Source of the DNA: an uncultured Thermoplasmata archaeon
Lineage (GTDB): Archaea; Thermoplasmatota; Thermoplasmata; RBG-16-68-12
Reading direction: 5' to 3'
DNA length: 64,000 nt
Assembly: GCA_963768855.1 (NCBI GenBank)
Contig: CAVYJM010000008.1
Location: 8,664-72,663 of the forward strand
Both the position numbers and the translations under genes were made by a program. The notes below the pieces were generated by a model. That model was not told the origin of the DNA. It ran no database searches and saw only the letters and a list, made by a program, of their open reading frames with translations. Position 1 is the first letter of the stretch, and each line of letters starts with the position of its first letter. This document shows positions 49,184 through 59,007 of this stretch, piece after piece.

Positions 49184-50477
49184 GGTGGAGAATCTCACTT
49201 TGACTTTCCCAACGATTCGTGGCAAGGCCAGAGTGCTGGAGGACGTCGCCTTCGAGATGCATGAAGGCGAAACCCTCGGTCTCGTCGGCGAGACTGGTTG
49301 TGGCAAGAGCGTGACAGCCAAGACCATACTGGGTTTAGTGGACCGACCCCCGGCAGAACTGCACAGGGGACGCGTCTGGTACTACTCCCGAGCCGACGAC
49401 ACGGCTCAGCTGCTCCGAACCAACCTGCTCGCGCTTCCTGAGCCGGAGCTGGTCAAGATCCGAGGGAACGTGATTTCGATGGTCTTTCAAGATCCTATGA
49501 CCTCTCTCGACCCGGTTCTGAAAGTCGCAGACCAGATTGCTGAGTCCTTCATGATACACAGGAGGGGGGACCTGCTTCAAGCGGTCATGAATCGGGCAGC
49601 AAACACAATCAAGTTGCTAGACGCGAAGGACGCCCCTCAGCGCAATTGGAATGAAGATGGATGGGAGTGTTCTCGTTGCAGGAAGCCCGTCCGTCGAGAA
49701 GCCAGCTTCTGTAGGGAGTGCAACTCCTACTTCCGCAATCGGCACTCATCATGGTTGTTCAGACTCAGACTCAGTTACCTGCGGGGAATCTGCCGCAGGA
49801 CTCTCGCTCGAGACAACTGGGCTGCTCGGTTGTTGCAGCGCATGCCTTCTGTGGACTACCTCGGTCGGCTGGAGGATGAAGCAAGAGAGCGCAGCATTGA
49901 ACTGATTCATAGCGTTCGGATGCCGGACGCCGACAAAGTGGCAGATTCCTACCCCTTCGAGTTGAGTGGGGGAATGCAGCAACGTGTGGCGATAGCCATG
50001 GCTCTTGCCTGCCGTCCCTCACTTCTCATCGCAGATGAGCCAACGACTGCACTCGACGTGACCATCCAGGCGCAAATACTGAAGCTAATCTCTGATTTGA
50101 AGCAAGCGCTCGGCATGTCCGTCCTCCTGATAACCCACAATCTCGGCATCGTTGCTGAGCAATGTGATCGCGTTGCGGTAATGTACGCCGGCTCGATAGC
50201 CGAAATCGCAGACGTGCAGTCAATATTCAAGAGCCCACTACACCCATACACCAAGGGCCTCATTCAATCCATACCGATTCCCGGTCAACGTAAGGAAGAA
50301 CTAGTCGTCATCCCGGGAAGGCTGCCGGACCCTGTCAACCCGCCGAGCGGGTGCAGGTTCCGCACCCGCTGCGCCCATGCCTTTGAAAAGTGTGCAAGTG
50401 AGGTCCCAAGACTGACTCAGCTGGAGCCGGGGCACTACATCGCTTGCCATCTGTATGAATCAGGGGAGCCAACATGA
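49164..50477 (+). CDS. OppD/DppD-like ABC ATPase with a large zinc-ribbon-containing insertion
   Basis: [38 protein letters not shown]. The insertion contains CSRC-x10-CREC. Confidence 0.92.
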   Translation: MGRLLLKVENLTLTFPTIRGKARVLEDVAFEMHEGETLGLVGETGCGKSVTAKTILGLVDRPPAELHRGRVWYYSRADDTAQLLRTNLLALPEPELVKIRGNVISMVFQDPMTSLDPVLKVADQIAESFMIHRRGDLLQAVMNRAANTIKLLDAKDAPQRNWNEDGWECSRCRKPVRREASFCRECNSYFRNRHSSWLFRLRLSYLRGICRRTLARDNWAARLLQRMPSVDYLGRLEDEARERSIELIHSVRMPDADKVADSYPFELSGGMQQRVAIAMALACRPSLLIADEPTTALDVTIQAQILKLISDLKQALGMSVLLITHNLGIVAEQCDRVAVMYAGSIAEIADVQSIFKSPLHPYTKGLIQSIPIPGQRKEELVVIPGRLPDPVNPPSGCRFRTRCAHAFEKCASEVPRLTQLEPGHYIACHLYESGEPT

Positions 50478-51517
50478 GTCGGGACGTACTGGCGACTCGA
50501 CGACTAGTCAAGCACTTCATGAGGCGACGAGGCTTTGGTAAAGGGGCCGTCCGGAGCATACATGCGGTCGATGATGTCTCTCTCGAGATTGAGTCGGGCT
50601 CCACCTTGGGACTTGTTGGTGAAAGTGGGAGTGGGAAGACTACGGTAGGCAGGCTGCTGCTTCATCTAGTGGAGCCGACTTCTGGGGAGATTTACTTCGA
50701 CATTCCTGCAGACGAGTTGGCTGAGATTGACCGGTCATCAACAACCCGGGGATCAGAAACCCGTCTTCGGGAATTGCAGACGAAGTACGGGGTGGGAAAA
50801 TCGTCAGCGGCTCTAAAACGATTGAGACGCAAGGCCCAGATGGTTTTCCAGGACCCATTCTCGTCCTTGGATCCGCGAATGCTTGTCCGTGACATTGTGG
50901 CCGAGCCCCTGGTGGCACTGAACCTGGCACGTGGCTCCGAGCTGGAGGACAGGGTGGGCGGAGTCCTGGACAAGGTGGGGCTTTCGCAAGATGATCTCTT
51001 CCGCTTCCCCCACGAATTCAGCGGTGGACAGAGGCAGCGAATCGGGCTTGCGAGAGCACTCGTCCCGGATCCGACGTTCATTGTGCTCGACGAGCCGACC
51101 AGCGCCCTGGACGTATCCGTGCAAGCCCAAATCCTCAACCTTCTTCGTCGGCTGCAGAAATCCGCTGGGCTCTCTTACTTGTTCATCTCACATGACTTGA
51201 GCGTTGTCGACCACATGGCCGATCGCGTTGCTGTGATGTACGCTGGTGAAATCGTAGAGATTGCTGACAAGGAGCCATTCTTCGCCAAACCCCTCCATCC
51301 TTACAGTGAACTCCTACTAGCCGCCGTGCCACGGCCGGACCCAGAACGAAAAACCGCCCGAGCCGTGGCGTCGGGTGATGTACCGAGCGCCGAAAATCCG
51401 CCGCCCGGCTGCCGATTTCATCCGCGTTGTCCGTACGCAGTTGAAATCTGTCGCCGCTTGAAGCCGCCCCTCGAGGACAAGGGAAATCGACACCTGGTGG
51501 CTTGTCACCTCCGTTGA
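50474..51517 (+). CDS. OppF/DppF-like ABC ATPase
   Basis: GESGSGKT, FQDP, FSGGQRQR, VLDEPTSALD, GCRFHPRC. Confidence 0.93.
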   Translation: MSRDVLATRRLVKHFMRRRGFGKGAVRSIHAVDDVSLEIESGSTLGLVGESGSGKTTVGRLLLHLVEPTSGEIYFDIPADELAEIDRSSTTRGSETRLRELQTKYGVGKSSAALKRLRRKAQMVFQDPFSSLDPRMLVRDIVAEPLVALNLARGSELEDRVGGVLDKVGLSQDDLFRFPHEFSGGQRQRIGLARALVPDPTFIVLDEPTSALDVSVQAQILNLLRRLQKSAGLSYLFISHDLSVVDHMADRVAVMYAGEIVEIADKEPFFAKPLHPYSELLLAAVPRPDPERKTARAVASGDVPSAENPPPGCRFHPRCPYAVEICRRLKPPLEDKGNRHLVACHLR

Positions 51518-51537
51518 TCAGAGAGCCTTCGGTCCGT

Positions 51538-53973
51538 TCACCCCTTGGATAGGCTGTAGAACAGCGGCGCCGCACGGAGCGGCTGGTAGTAGTAACCATG
51601 GACCCACGGTGCAGCTGCGTCTAGAGCCAGCGTGTAGTCAACCCATACATACCAAGCCAGCTGGTAGAGCCGGTATTGGATGTCCCCATAGAGTTTCGAT
51701 TGGACGGCTGGGTTCGTCGCGTTGAGTGCTTGGTCGAGCAACGGGTCAAGGGTGTTTGGTACACCCATGAACTTCGCGATGAACGCCTGGGAATACGACT
51801 CCTCTCCCAACCACGTGTACGCGTCAGCGTATTCCGGGTACATGGTCGTCGACATCACGGCATAACCCCAGCTCGTCCACTTGCTGAAGAAGGCGGAAAG
51901 AGCCAGCTCCTGGACATTGATGTGGATTCCGGGGTTAATCGATTCAAGGTTGTCCTTCAGGTTGAGCAAGATCGACGTGTAAGCCGGAAAGCCCTGGAGA
52001 TCGATCGCGGTCAGGGTGAATCCCTTATCCCACCACGAGGTGCCACCGGGCGCTATCGCTAGCTTGAGCTCTTGTTCGGCCTTCGCCAAATCGAGATCGT
52101 AGGTCGGGACAGATGCGTTGTAACCGAACACAATCGGAGGCAATGGTCCCACGGATTCAATGGCCTGACCTGCTCTCGCGCTCTGAATGACGGCCGTCCT
52201 ATTGAGCGCGTAGTTGAACGCTAGCCTTACGTGGATGTCCTGGAAGAAGTTCGAGGGCACGTTATCGGTTGCGGGTACCTCCGCGAGGTTGATGTTCTGG
52301 TTCAGCTGTATCTTCGCGGTCTCTGAAAGGGACGGGTTCCCCGAGATCACTGTATATCCAGAGCTACGCAGGGCACGGACAGTCGCATATTGAGCGAGAT
52401 CTTGCCGGAAATAGCTCGAATCGGCCGTTCCACCTTGGAGAGCTAGAAGACGTGTGTTGAATTCACTCGCGAGGGCTAGGACAACAGTCTTGATTGACGC
52501 GGGCTTTCGCCAGTAGCCATCGAATCGTACAAGTGTGATGGATTGACCATGCTGCCACGCGCTGAATTGGTATGGGCCGGTCCCGCACATGTGGGAGTCC
52601 ATGAACGGATCGTCCCGTCCCCCCCAGCCCGTTGCGTTCGCCCCGTTGTCGTAGGAGAGGTTGCTCCCCGGAACACGGGGATCCCATCCGCCGTTCCCAG
52701 TAACATATGCCTCGCTCAGGACGCCGAAGCCTCCGAAGGTGAGCAGTTTTAGGAAGGGCGCAAACGTCCGCGTCAGATGGAATACGACGGTGTATTGATC
52801 GACAACCTCAATGCTCTTATTGTTCATAACTTGCAGAAGCTCCCAAGCTGGCCCGTCGGGGAGGTTCATAGTTGTGGAGCGATCGAAACTGTACTTGACG
52901 TCGTTGGCGGTGAGCTGGCCACCGCATTGGAACTGCACGCCCTGCCTGATGTGGAACGTGTAGTTCCTGCCGTCCGGGCTAATTCCACCATTGGCAATCG
53001 TGGGGACCCCTGTGGCCAAGACGGGGACGAGCGTGTTCACGTCATCGCGGTCATAGGTGATGAGATGTTCATAGACGTTGTCGAACAAGTTGTTGAAGGT
53101 CGGCCATGAATAATCATGTGCAGGGTCCAGATATGAGGGCTCGTTTGGCAGGTCCATGGTGTAGAGGTCTGGGTTCGGGACCGTTCCGGTGTATGCAGGT
53201 TCAGGCTCCAGAATCCTGATGGTGTTGATGGCGGTGTCCGTCAGCCCGGTTGTTGAGCTCGTCACTTTCAGTTTGACAGGATAGTTTCCCGGTTGGGTGA
53301 AATTCCATGTGGGGTTTGGCGATGAGGAATCGCTGGTCGAGCCCCCGGTGAAGCTCCAGCTGTACGACAAGGCCGGCACGTTGAGGCCCACTAGATTCCC
53401 GGCCACACTGGTCCACTGCCATGAGGACGTCGCGTCGAAGGACACAGTCGTCCCCACAGGCCGCGCGTTACCATCGGAGTAAATCACCGCAACCGGTGGG
53501 CTGGTAGTAGCCTGTGGCGGATCGACCGAGAGGATCTCGATGTACGACAGGTATACATCGTTGTTTGCCGTCGCCCCAAGGTTGTCCGTTAGGTGAAGTG
53601 TCACCACGTAATGGCCGTGGAGCGAGTAGCTGTGCGTCGTCGTGGCTCCAGTCCCCTGGGTACCATCTCCGAAGTCCCAGGCATATGTGGTGATACTTCC
53701 GTCGAGGTCCCAGGACCTCGTGGCGTCGAATTGTATCGGAGTATTCGGATAGGTGGTTGTCGCTGAGGCAGACGCGACGGTAATCGGAGGAGTCCCCGTT
53801 CCCGCCTTGGGCAGATTCAAGTAGTACCATGTGCCCGCGACCACCAGGACAAGGGCTATCACAACAACGGCCACCATGATCCAGCGTCGGCTGCCTTTCT
53901 TAGGCGGGGTAGGCTGGACCTCTTTCGCTTCTTCTGTCACTACCTCTGTACGCCCCGATGGAACCGGTTCCAT
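51538..53973 (-). CDS. Family 5 ABC substrate-binding protein with N-terminal TM anchor and two PKD domains
   Basis: TM (IMVAVVVIALVLVVAG); PKD1 (FDATRSWDLDGSITTYAWDFGDG) and PKD2 (FDATSSW...YSWSF); then EPSYLDPA...NVYEHL, MCGTGPY, DIHVRLAFNYA. Start is the ATG after GGAGGAG. Confidence 0.92.
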   Translation of the reverse strand: MEPVPSGRTEVVTEEAKEVQPTPPKKGSRRWIMVAVVVIALVLVVAGTWYYLNLPKAGTGTPPITVASASATTTYPNTPIQFDATRSWDLDGSITTYAWDFGDGTQGTGATTTHSYSLHGHYVVTLHLTDNLGATANNDVYLSYIEILSVDPPQATTSPPVAVIYSDGNARPVGTTVSFDATSSWQWTSVAGNLVGLNVPALSYSWSFTGGSTSDSSSPNPTWNFTQPGNYPVKLKVTSSTTGLTDTAINTIRILEPEPAYTGTVPNPDLYTMDLPNEPSYLDPAHDYSWPTFNNLFDNVYEHLITYDRDDVNTLVPVLATGVPTIANGGISPDGRNYTFHIRQGVQFQCGGQLTANDVKYSFDRSTTMNLPDGPAWELLQVMNNKSIEVVDQYTVVFHLTRTFAPFLKLLTFGGFGVLSEAYVTGNGGWDPRVPGSNLSYDNGANATGWGGRDDPFMDSHMCGTGPYQFSAWQHGQSITLVRFDGYWRKPASIKTVVLALASEFNTRLLALQGGTADSSYFRQDLAQYATVRALRSSGYTVISGNPSLSETAKIQLNQNINLAEVPATDNVPSNFFQDIHVRLAFNYALNRTAVIQSARAGQAIESVGPLPPIVFGYNASVPTYDLDLAKAEQELKLAIAPGGTSWWDKGFTLTAIDLQGFPAYTSILLNLKDNLESINPGIHINVQELALSAFFSKWTSWGYAVMSTTMYPEYADAYTWLGEESYSQAFIAKFMGVPNTLDPLLDQALNATNPAVQSKLYGDIQYRLYQLAWYVWVDYTLALDAAAPWVHGYYYQPLRAAPLFYSLSKG

Positions 53974-54060
53974 AGTGGGTTCTCCTCCGAACCGCGCGGA
54001 CCGCTTGCGTATAGCCGAGCTCCTGATAAGAACAATGAGGCGGCATTGGCCGGCTGGCAT
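53964..54060 (-). repeat. Copy 1 of a 97-bp inverted duplication (operator, leader, SD and first codons of the SBP gene)
   Basis: Its reverse complement equals 56813-56909 except for one C/T difference. Confidence 0.92.
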
Positions 54061-54066
54061 TCGCCG
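54041..54066. promoter_or_regulatory. Tandem CGGC-N4-GCCG-type sites in the divergent SBP/aminotransferase spacer
   Basis: CGGCATTGGCCG (54041-54052) and TGGCATTCGCCG (54055-54066). Confidence 0.6.
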
Positions 54067-54105
54067 ACCAAAACGTCTAGTCAACCTCAGAAGATCGGGT
54101 ATGCG

Positions 54106-55329
54106 ATGGCCATCGGCCACGCCGCAGCTGGCTCGCCAATTTCTCGCAGAGCGAGTTCGCTCGCAGATTCTATGATCCGAGAAATGACCGAGCTTTGCGA
54201 CCAATGTGGAGGCATCAATTTGGCAAGGGGGTACCCCGATGAACCCACTCCCACGGCGCTTCGGAGGGCAGCGACTGACGCCATTCGTGACGGTTCCAAC
54301 CAGTACTCGCCATCGGGTGGCCTGCCGGAGCTCCAAGATGCATTGGCCCAAAAGCTTGATTGTTTCAATCACGTAGACGTGGACCCACGGACGGGACTCG
54401 TCATCACCTGTGGCGCCACCGAGGCTCTTGCTTGCGCCATTCTTGCAGTCGTAGATCCGGCCAAAGAAGTAGTCGTGTTCGAACCGTCCTACGAGGATTT
54501 TGTCCCATGTGTTCTCATGGCGGGCGGGATTCCCGCCTGTATTCCACAGCGGGACAACTGGTGGTTGCCCGAGGAATCCATCAAAGAGGCAATTGGGCCC
54601 CGAACGAAAGCCATCATCATCAACTCACCACAAAATCCAAATGGCAAGGTGTACAGACTCGACGAATTACGACTCCTTGCCGACCTGTGCATTGACTATG
54701 ATCTGACAGCGATTTCTGACGAAACCTATGAGTGCTTCACGTATGATGGAACCAGCCACCTGAGTCTAGGCTCGGTTGAGGAAATGGGTAGAAGAACCCT
54801 AACAATCGGCTCATTCTCCAAGACTTACTCTGCAACAGGATGGCGCGTCGGCTATGTGGCTGGCCCCGACGAAATCGTGAAGGGTGTTCGGAGGATACAC
54901 GACTACCTCACTTTGGCGGCCCCGACCCCATTTCAGTGGGCCATTGCCTGCGCACTTCGCGATCAAGAGGCACGGTGTGAGCGCGTCGCGAGAACATACG
55001 CTGTCAAACGCCGAATACTCTGTGACGCACTTCGCGCATGCGGATTCAAATTCCACAATCCTGAAGGGGCCTTCTATGTACTGGCCGATTTTTCAGACAT
55101 CGCAGCTTGCGATGACAAGGACTTTGCGCTGAGACTCCTCGATTCCGTCGGAATCGCGACGGTGCCTGGGCGGTCTTTCTATTCGAATCCACGGCGAGGT
55201 CGCAATAAGGTCCGCTTCTCATTTTGTAAGAGCGGGGTTACGCTGCGCGAATGTGCCCGAAGACTCGGGGGTTTCCACTCAAATTCACGTCCCAGGGGGA
55301 AGAGCCTGAAGTATGGTCAGACCGGGTGA
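54106..55329 (+). CDS. PLP-dependent class I aminotransferase (YbdL/kynurenine-glutamine transaminase-like)
   Basis: SMIREMT...INLARGYPD, NQYSPSGG, ITCGATEAL, IINSPQNPNGKV, SDETYE, GSFSKTYSATGWRVG, VRFSFCK. Confidence 0.92.
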   Translation: MAIGHAAAGSPISRRASSLADSMIREMTELCDQCGGINLARGYPDEPTPTALRRAATDAIRDGSNQYSPSGGLPELQDALAQKLDCFNHVDVDPRTGLVITCGATEALACAILAVVDPAKEVVVFEPSYEDFVPCVLMAGGIPACIPQRDNWWLPEESIKEAIGPRTKAIIINSPQNPNGKVYRLDELRLLADLCIDYDLTAISDETYECFTYDGTSHLSLGSVEEMGRRTLTIGSFSKTYSATGWRVGYVAGPDEIVKGVRRIHDYLTLAAPTPFQWAIACALRDQEARCERVARTYAVKRRILCDALRACGFKFHNPEGAFYVLADFSDIAACDDKDFALRLLDSVGIATVPGRSFYSNPRRGRNKVRFSFCKSGVTLRECARRLGGFHSNSRPRGKSLKYGQTG

Positions 55330-56503
55330 TACCGTGCAAACTATGAACGTTTCGGACCTCAGATGCGTCTTTGTCGGAGGAAGAGTCCTGGCTTGTGGTG
55401 GCGGCGGCGAGATCGAGTGGGCCGAGCCTTTCTTGAAAGAAATCGAGCGCAGAAACCTCGTCGTCCGGGTGGCTTCCTTGAAGGACCTCCGACCACGCGA
55501 CAAGGTATGCGTCCCAGGTGGAATCGGAGCTGGTAGCACCCCGGAGGCACGAGAACGGCTCAAGCGTGTACCCCAGATTGCACCTCCCACGAAGCTCTTG
55601 CCTGCAATGGCTCGAGGAGCGTTTGACGCGTTCGAGCAGCGCACTCACACTCGATTCGACAAGCTGCTCGCGGTAAACCTCGGACCGGTTCTTTGGGGAC
55701 TTCCGCTCTACCTGTCCGCCGTGCGAAACCGTGTGTGCCTGGATGGCGATTGCGCCGGACGGGCAATTCCGGAATGGACGACTACCACCCTCAACGTCAA
55801 GCGTCTGAAGCTCGCGCCCGCTGTAATACTGTCCGCATACGGCGACCAGGTGGCGGTGGATTCCACCCAGAGTAATGAACGTACCGAGCAAGTGGGCCGA
55901 GCAGTGGCTGTCGAGTGTGGCGGGTGGAGCGTCATGGTGACTTGCCCGACAACTGGAGCGAAGGTCCGAGGCGCATTCGTACCCGGAACGATGACCAGGG
56001 CGCTGAAGGTTGGCCAGGCCATCGCCGGTGCTCGAGAGGAAGGAAGGGATCCGGTGCCTCCATGCATTGATGCTGCAGGTGGAATCAAGATTTTCGAAGG
56101 ACGTGTAACCTCGTACGACCGAAATGAGCGAGGGGGTTTCATGTTCGGAGAGATTTTGCTGGAAGGCATGGGTCCCGACGCGGGTAAAGTCTGTCGAATC
56201 TTCCAGAAGACGGAATACAATCTCGCGTGGGTGGACTCGAAGGTCGTTGTGACAAGCCCCGACTCGATTTGCGTAATCGACCGAGCTACCGCAGATGGCC
56301 TGACCTCTTTTCCCGACATGGACGTCGGGCCTTACCGTCGGGTTAGAGATGTGGATTTCCGACCGGGACGGGAAGTCGTGGTCTTTGGCATCAAAGCGCA
56401 CGACATATGGCGGACAAAGCGCGGTGTTGCGCTGTTCGGCCCCAAACACTTCGGATTTGATGTCCCGTACGTGTCGGTTGACCGGCGGGTCCGGGGAAGC
56501 TAA
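55313..56503 (+). CDS. DUF917 family protein (S-methyl thiohydantoin desulfurase-like fold)
   Basis: G.RVLACGGGG, LDGDCAGRAIPE, ERVGRAVAVECGG, GTMTRALKVG, VVTSPDSICVID; start may be 55340. Confidence 0.8.
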   Translation: MVRPGDTVQTMNVSDLRCVFVGGRVLACGGGGEIEWAEPFLKEIERRNLVVRVASLKDLRPRDKVCVPGGIGAGSTPEARERLKRVPQIAPPTKLLPAMARGAFDAFEQRTHTRFDKLLAVNLGPVLWGLPLYLSAVRNRVCLDGDCAGRAIPEWTTTTLNVKRLKLAPAVILSAYGDQVAVDSTQSNERTEQVGRAVAVECGGWSVMVTCPTTGAKVRGAFVPGTMTRALKVGQAIAGAREEGRDPVPPCIDAAGGIKIFEGRVTSYDRNERGGFMFGEILLEGMGPDAGKVCRIFQKTEYNLAWVDSKVVVTSPDSICVIDRATADGLTSFPDMDVGPYRRVRDVDFRPGREVVVFGIKAHDIWRTKRGVALFGPKHFGFDVPYVSVDRRVRGS

Positions 56504-56812
56504 TTCGATGACGCCAGGCGCACGCAACCACGGGTTTCAGTCGATTAGCACCGCGCGGCGCAATAAACGACCCCCGTTGCGTCTTGCAGTGGATGCCCTA
56601 TTGAGAAGAGCGCATTATCGGGGGTGAACCAAGACTGGAGATTGCTCCCTGGGATCATCTGGTACCGAACCATCGAGGGCTAGGGCGCCGCGTTCGGTGC
56701 GGATTGCACCGTGCTGTCAAACACAACACGACTGTCGGTCAACTTCGGTGTCAACTGTCGCAGTCGGCCCCTCCGGAAATGCGGACGTGGAAGACCACCC
56801 GAGCAGCACAAG

Positions 56813-56909
56813 ATGCCAGCCGGCCAATGCCGCCTCATTGTTCTCATCAGGAGCTCGGCTATACGCAAGCGGTCCGCGCGGTTCGGAGGAGAACCCACTA
56901 TGGAACCGG
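56813..56909 (+). repeat. Copy 2 of the 97-bp inverted duplication, upstream of the hydantoinase operon
   Basis: ATGCCAGCCGGCCAATGCCG...GGAGGAGAACCCACTATGGAACCGG; 96/97 identical to the reverse complement of 53964-54060. Confidence 0.92.
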
Positions 56910-56946
56910 AGACCCGCGAGATTCGCGCTGTCAGTGAGGACCGACC

Positions 56947-59007
56947 GTGTCGTACCGTATCGCCGTAGACATTGGCGGCACCTTCACCGATCTCGTGGGT
57001 GTGGAGGAAGCGACCGGCGACTTGAGTCTTGCCAAGGACTCCACAACTCCGTCTGACTTCGCTAACGGCGTTCTGAATGTCCTGAGCAAGAGCGGCATCA
57101 ACCTGCTCGATGTGCGTCGGTTCGTCCACGGATCGACCGTCATCATCAACGCCCTCACGGAACGGAAAGGCAGCCCAACCGCACTCCTGACGACGAAGGG
57201 GTTTCGTGATGTTCTCGAAATAGGTCGGGCCAACCGACCGGACCTCTACAGCTATCATTACACAAAGCCGAGGCCTTTCATCGCACGCCGCTATCGATTC
57301 GAGGTCGATGAACGACTTGACTGCGAAGGCTGCGTCGTTCGGGCCCTCGACGAAGAGGGTGTCCGACGAGCAACGAAGCAGTGCAAGCATGAGGGGATTG
57401 CTTCGATTGCGGTCTGCTATCTACACAGCTATCTAAACCCTCTGCACGAGAAACGCACAGAGGAGATTATTAGAGAAGAGTACCCCGAGGCGTCTGTGAC
57501 ACTCAGCCACGCGCTGACCAGGGAGTGGCGCGAATTTGAGCGAACAAGCACTGCAGTCCTGAACGCATACGTGCAACCGATTGCAGCCAAGTATCTCAGC
57601 TCCCTCGAGCGTGCACTTACACTGCGAGGGCTGCACGCAGTTGAACATGCAATGCAGTCCAATGGGGGAGTCACGACTTTTGAAAGTGCCAAACGCGGTC
57701 CGGTGCACCTGGTCGAATCGGGGCCGGTCGGTGGAGTCATTGGCGCGGCCTTTGTCGGCAGGGCAATCGGTTGTCTGAATGTCATTTCCCTGGACATTGG
57801 TGGAACTACCGCGAAGGCATCCTTGATCGAAGGTGGAGAAGTCAGGATCAAGACCGACTACCGCATCGAAGCGGGGCCATACAGCGCCGGTTACCCGATC
57901 AAGATTCCAGTCGTGGATATCGTGGAAATAGGGGCGGGCGGAGGGAGCATTGCATGGATCGATTCAGGTGGTGCACTCAAGGTGGGCCCAGTGAGTGCTG
58001 GGGCGGACCCAGGACCGGCCTGCTACTCGAAGGGGGGCACCGAGCCAACTTTGACCGACGCGCAAGTCTTGGCCGGCCGGATCAACCCCGACTACTTTCT
58101 TGGCGGAGAGATTAAACTCGACCCACAGGAGTCAAGCCGGGCTTTGGGCAAGCTCGCGAACCAGCTGGGCCTCACCGTCCGCGAGACAGCACTGGGAGTA
58201 ATTCGAATCGCAAATAGTAGCATGGTGAATGCCCTCCGGATGGTCTCTGTCCAGAGAGGGCATGACCCACGCGAATTCGTAATGATAGCGATGGGGGGCG
58301 CCGGTGGTCTCCACGCGGGGTATCTCGCGACCCAACTTGGGGTGAAGACTGTTCTAATCCCGAAGGCTCCAGCACACTTCTCAGCATGGGGGATGCTGAT
58401 GACCGACCTCCGGCATGATTACGTCAATACCCGGCTGCTTGACCTGTCACCTCGGAATCTGGACACGCTGAATGCAACCTTCCGTCAAATGGAACAAGAA
58501 GCGTTGGACCAGTTATCGACGGAGGAAATCGGAAAAGAAATGACTGTCTTTCGCCGGTTTGTTGACGTACGATATGAAGGCCAGGAGCATACGGTACAGG
58601 TGCCCGTGTCCCCAGGGTTGCTGGGCGAGTGCGACGTGAAGAACATCAGGAATCGTTTCGATGAGCTGCACGAGATGTACTACAGTTTTCATCTTGGGGA
58701 CGAGGCAGAAGTGGTTAACATTCGACTTGTCGCCTTCGGGAGTGTGCGAAAGCCCCTGATGAAGCTCCACGACGGCGCAAACCGGAGTCTCAAGACGGCT
58801 GTCAAGGGAACCCGTGATGTGGATTTTGATGACTTCGGTGTTCACACAAGCACCGTGTATGAACGGGACAAGTTGCCAACCCGCGCGAGAGCGAAAGGAC
58901 CCGCAATTGTTGAAGAGCCAGCTTCGACCACTGTCGTTTATCCGGGCCAGGAATTTGAGTTGGACGAATACGGGAATCTCAGAATCAACACCCCCGGTGG
59001 AGGTTGA
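56947..59007 (+). CDS. Hydantoinase A/oxoprolinase family subunit (ATP-binding)
   Basis: AVDIGGTFTD, HGSTVIINAL, EFERTSTAVLNAY, ESGPVGG, DIGGTTAK, GAGGGSIAW, SAGADPGPACY. Confidence 0.95.
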   Translation: MSYRIAVDIGGTFTDLVGVEEATGDLSLAKDSTTPSDFANGVLNVLSKSGINLLDVRRFVHGSTVIINALTERKGSPTALLTTKGFRDVLEIGRANRPDLYSYHYTKPRPFIARRYRFEVDERLDCEGCVVRALDEEGVRRATKQCKHEGIASIAVCYLHSYLNPLHEKRTEEIIREEYPEASVTLSHALTREWREFERTSTAVLNAYVQPIAAKYLSSLERALTLRGLHAVEHAMQSNGGVTTFESAKRGPVHLVESGPVGGVIGAAFVGRAIGCLNVISLDIGGTTAKASLIEGGEVRIKTDYRIEAGPYSAGYPIKIPVVDIVEIGAGGGSIAWIDSGGALKVGPVSAGADPGPACYSKGGTEPTLTDAQVLAGRINPDYFLGGEIKLDPQESSRALGKLANQLGLTVRETALGVIRIANSSMVNALRMVSVQRGHDPREFVMIAMGGAGGLHAGYLATQLGVKTVLIPKAPAHFSAWGMLMTDLRHDYVNTRLLDLSPRNLDTLNATFRQMEQEALDQLSTEEIGKEMTVFRRFVDVRYEGQEHTVQVPVSPGLLGECDVKNIRNRFDELHEMYYSFHLGDEAEVVNIRLVAFGSVRKPLMKLHDGANRSLKTAVKGTRDVDFDDFGVHTSTVYERDKLPTRARAKGPAIVEEPASTTVVYPGQEFELDEYGNLRINTPGGG

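Noticed and set aside
51538-54372. 944-aa ORF-track start for the SBP
   Set aside because: The extension overlaps the aminotransferase on the other strand; an SD plus ATG at 53973 precedes the TM anchor.
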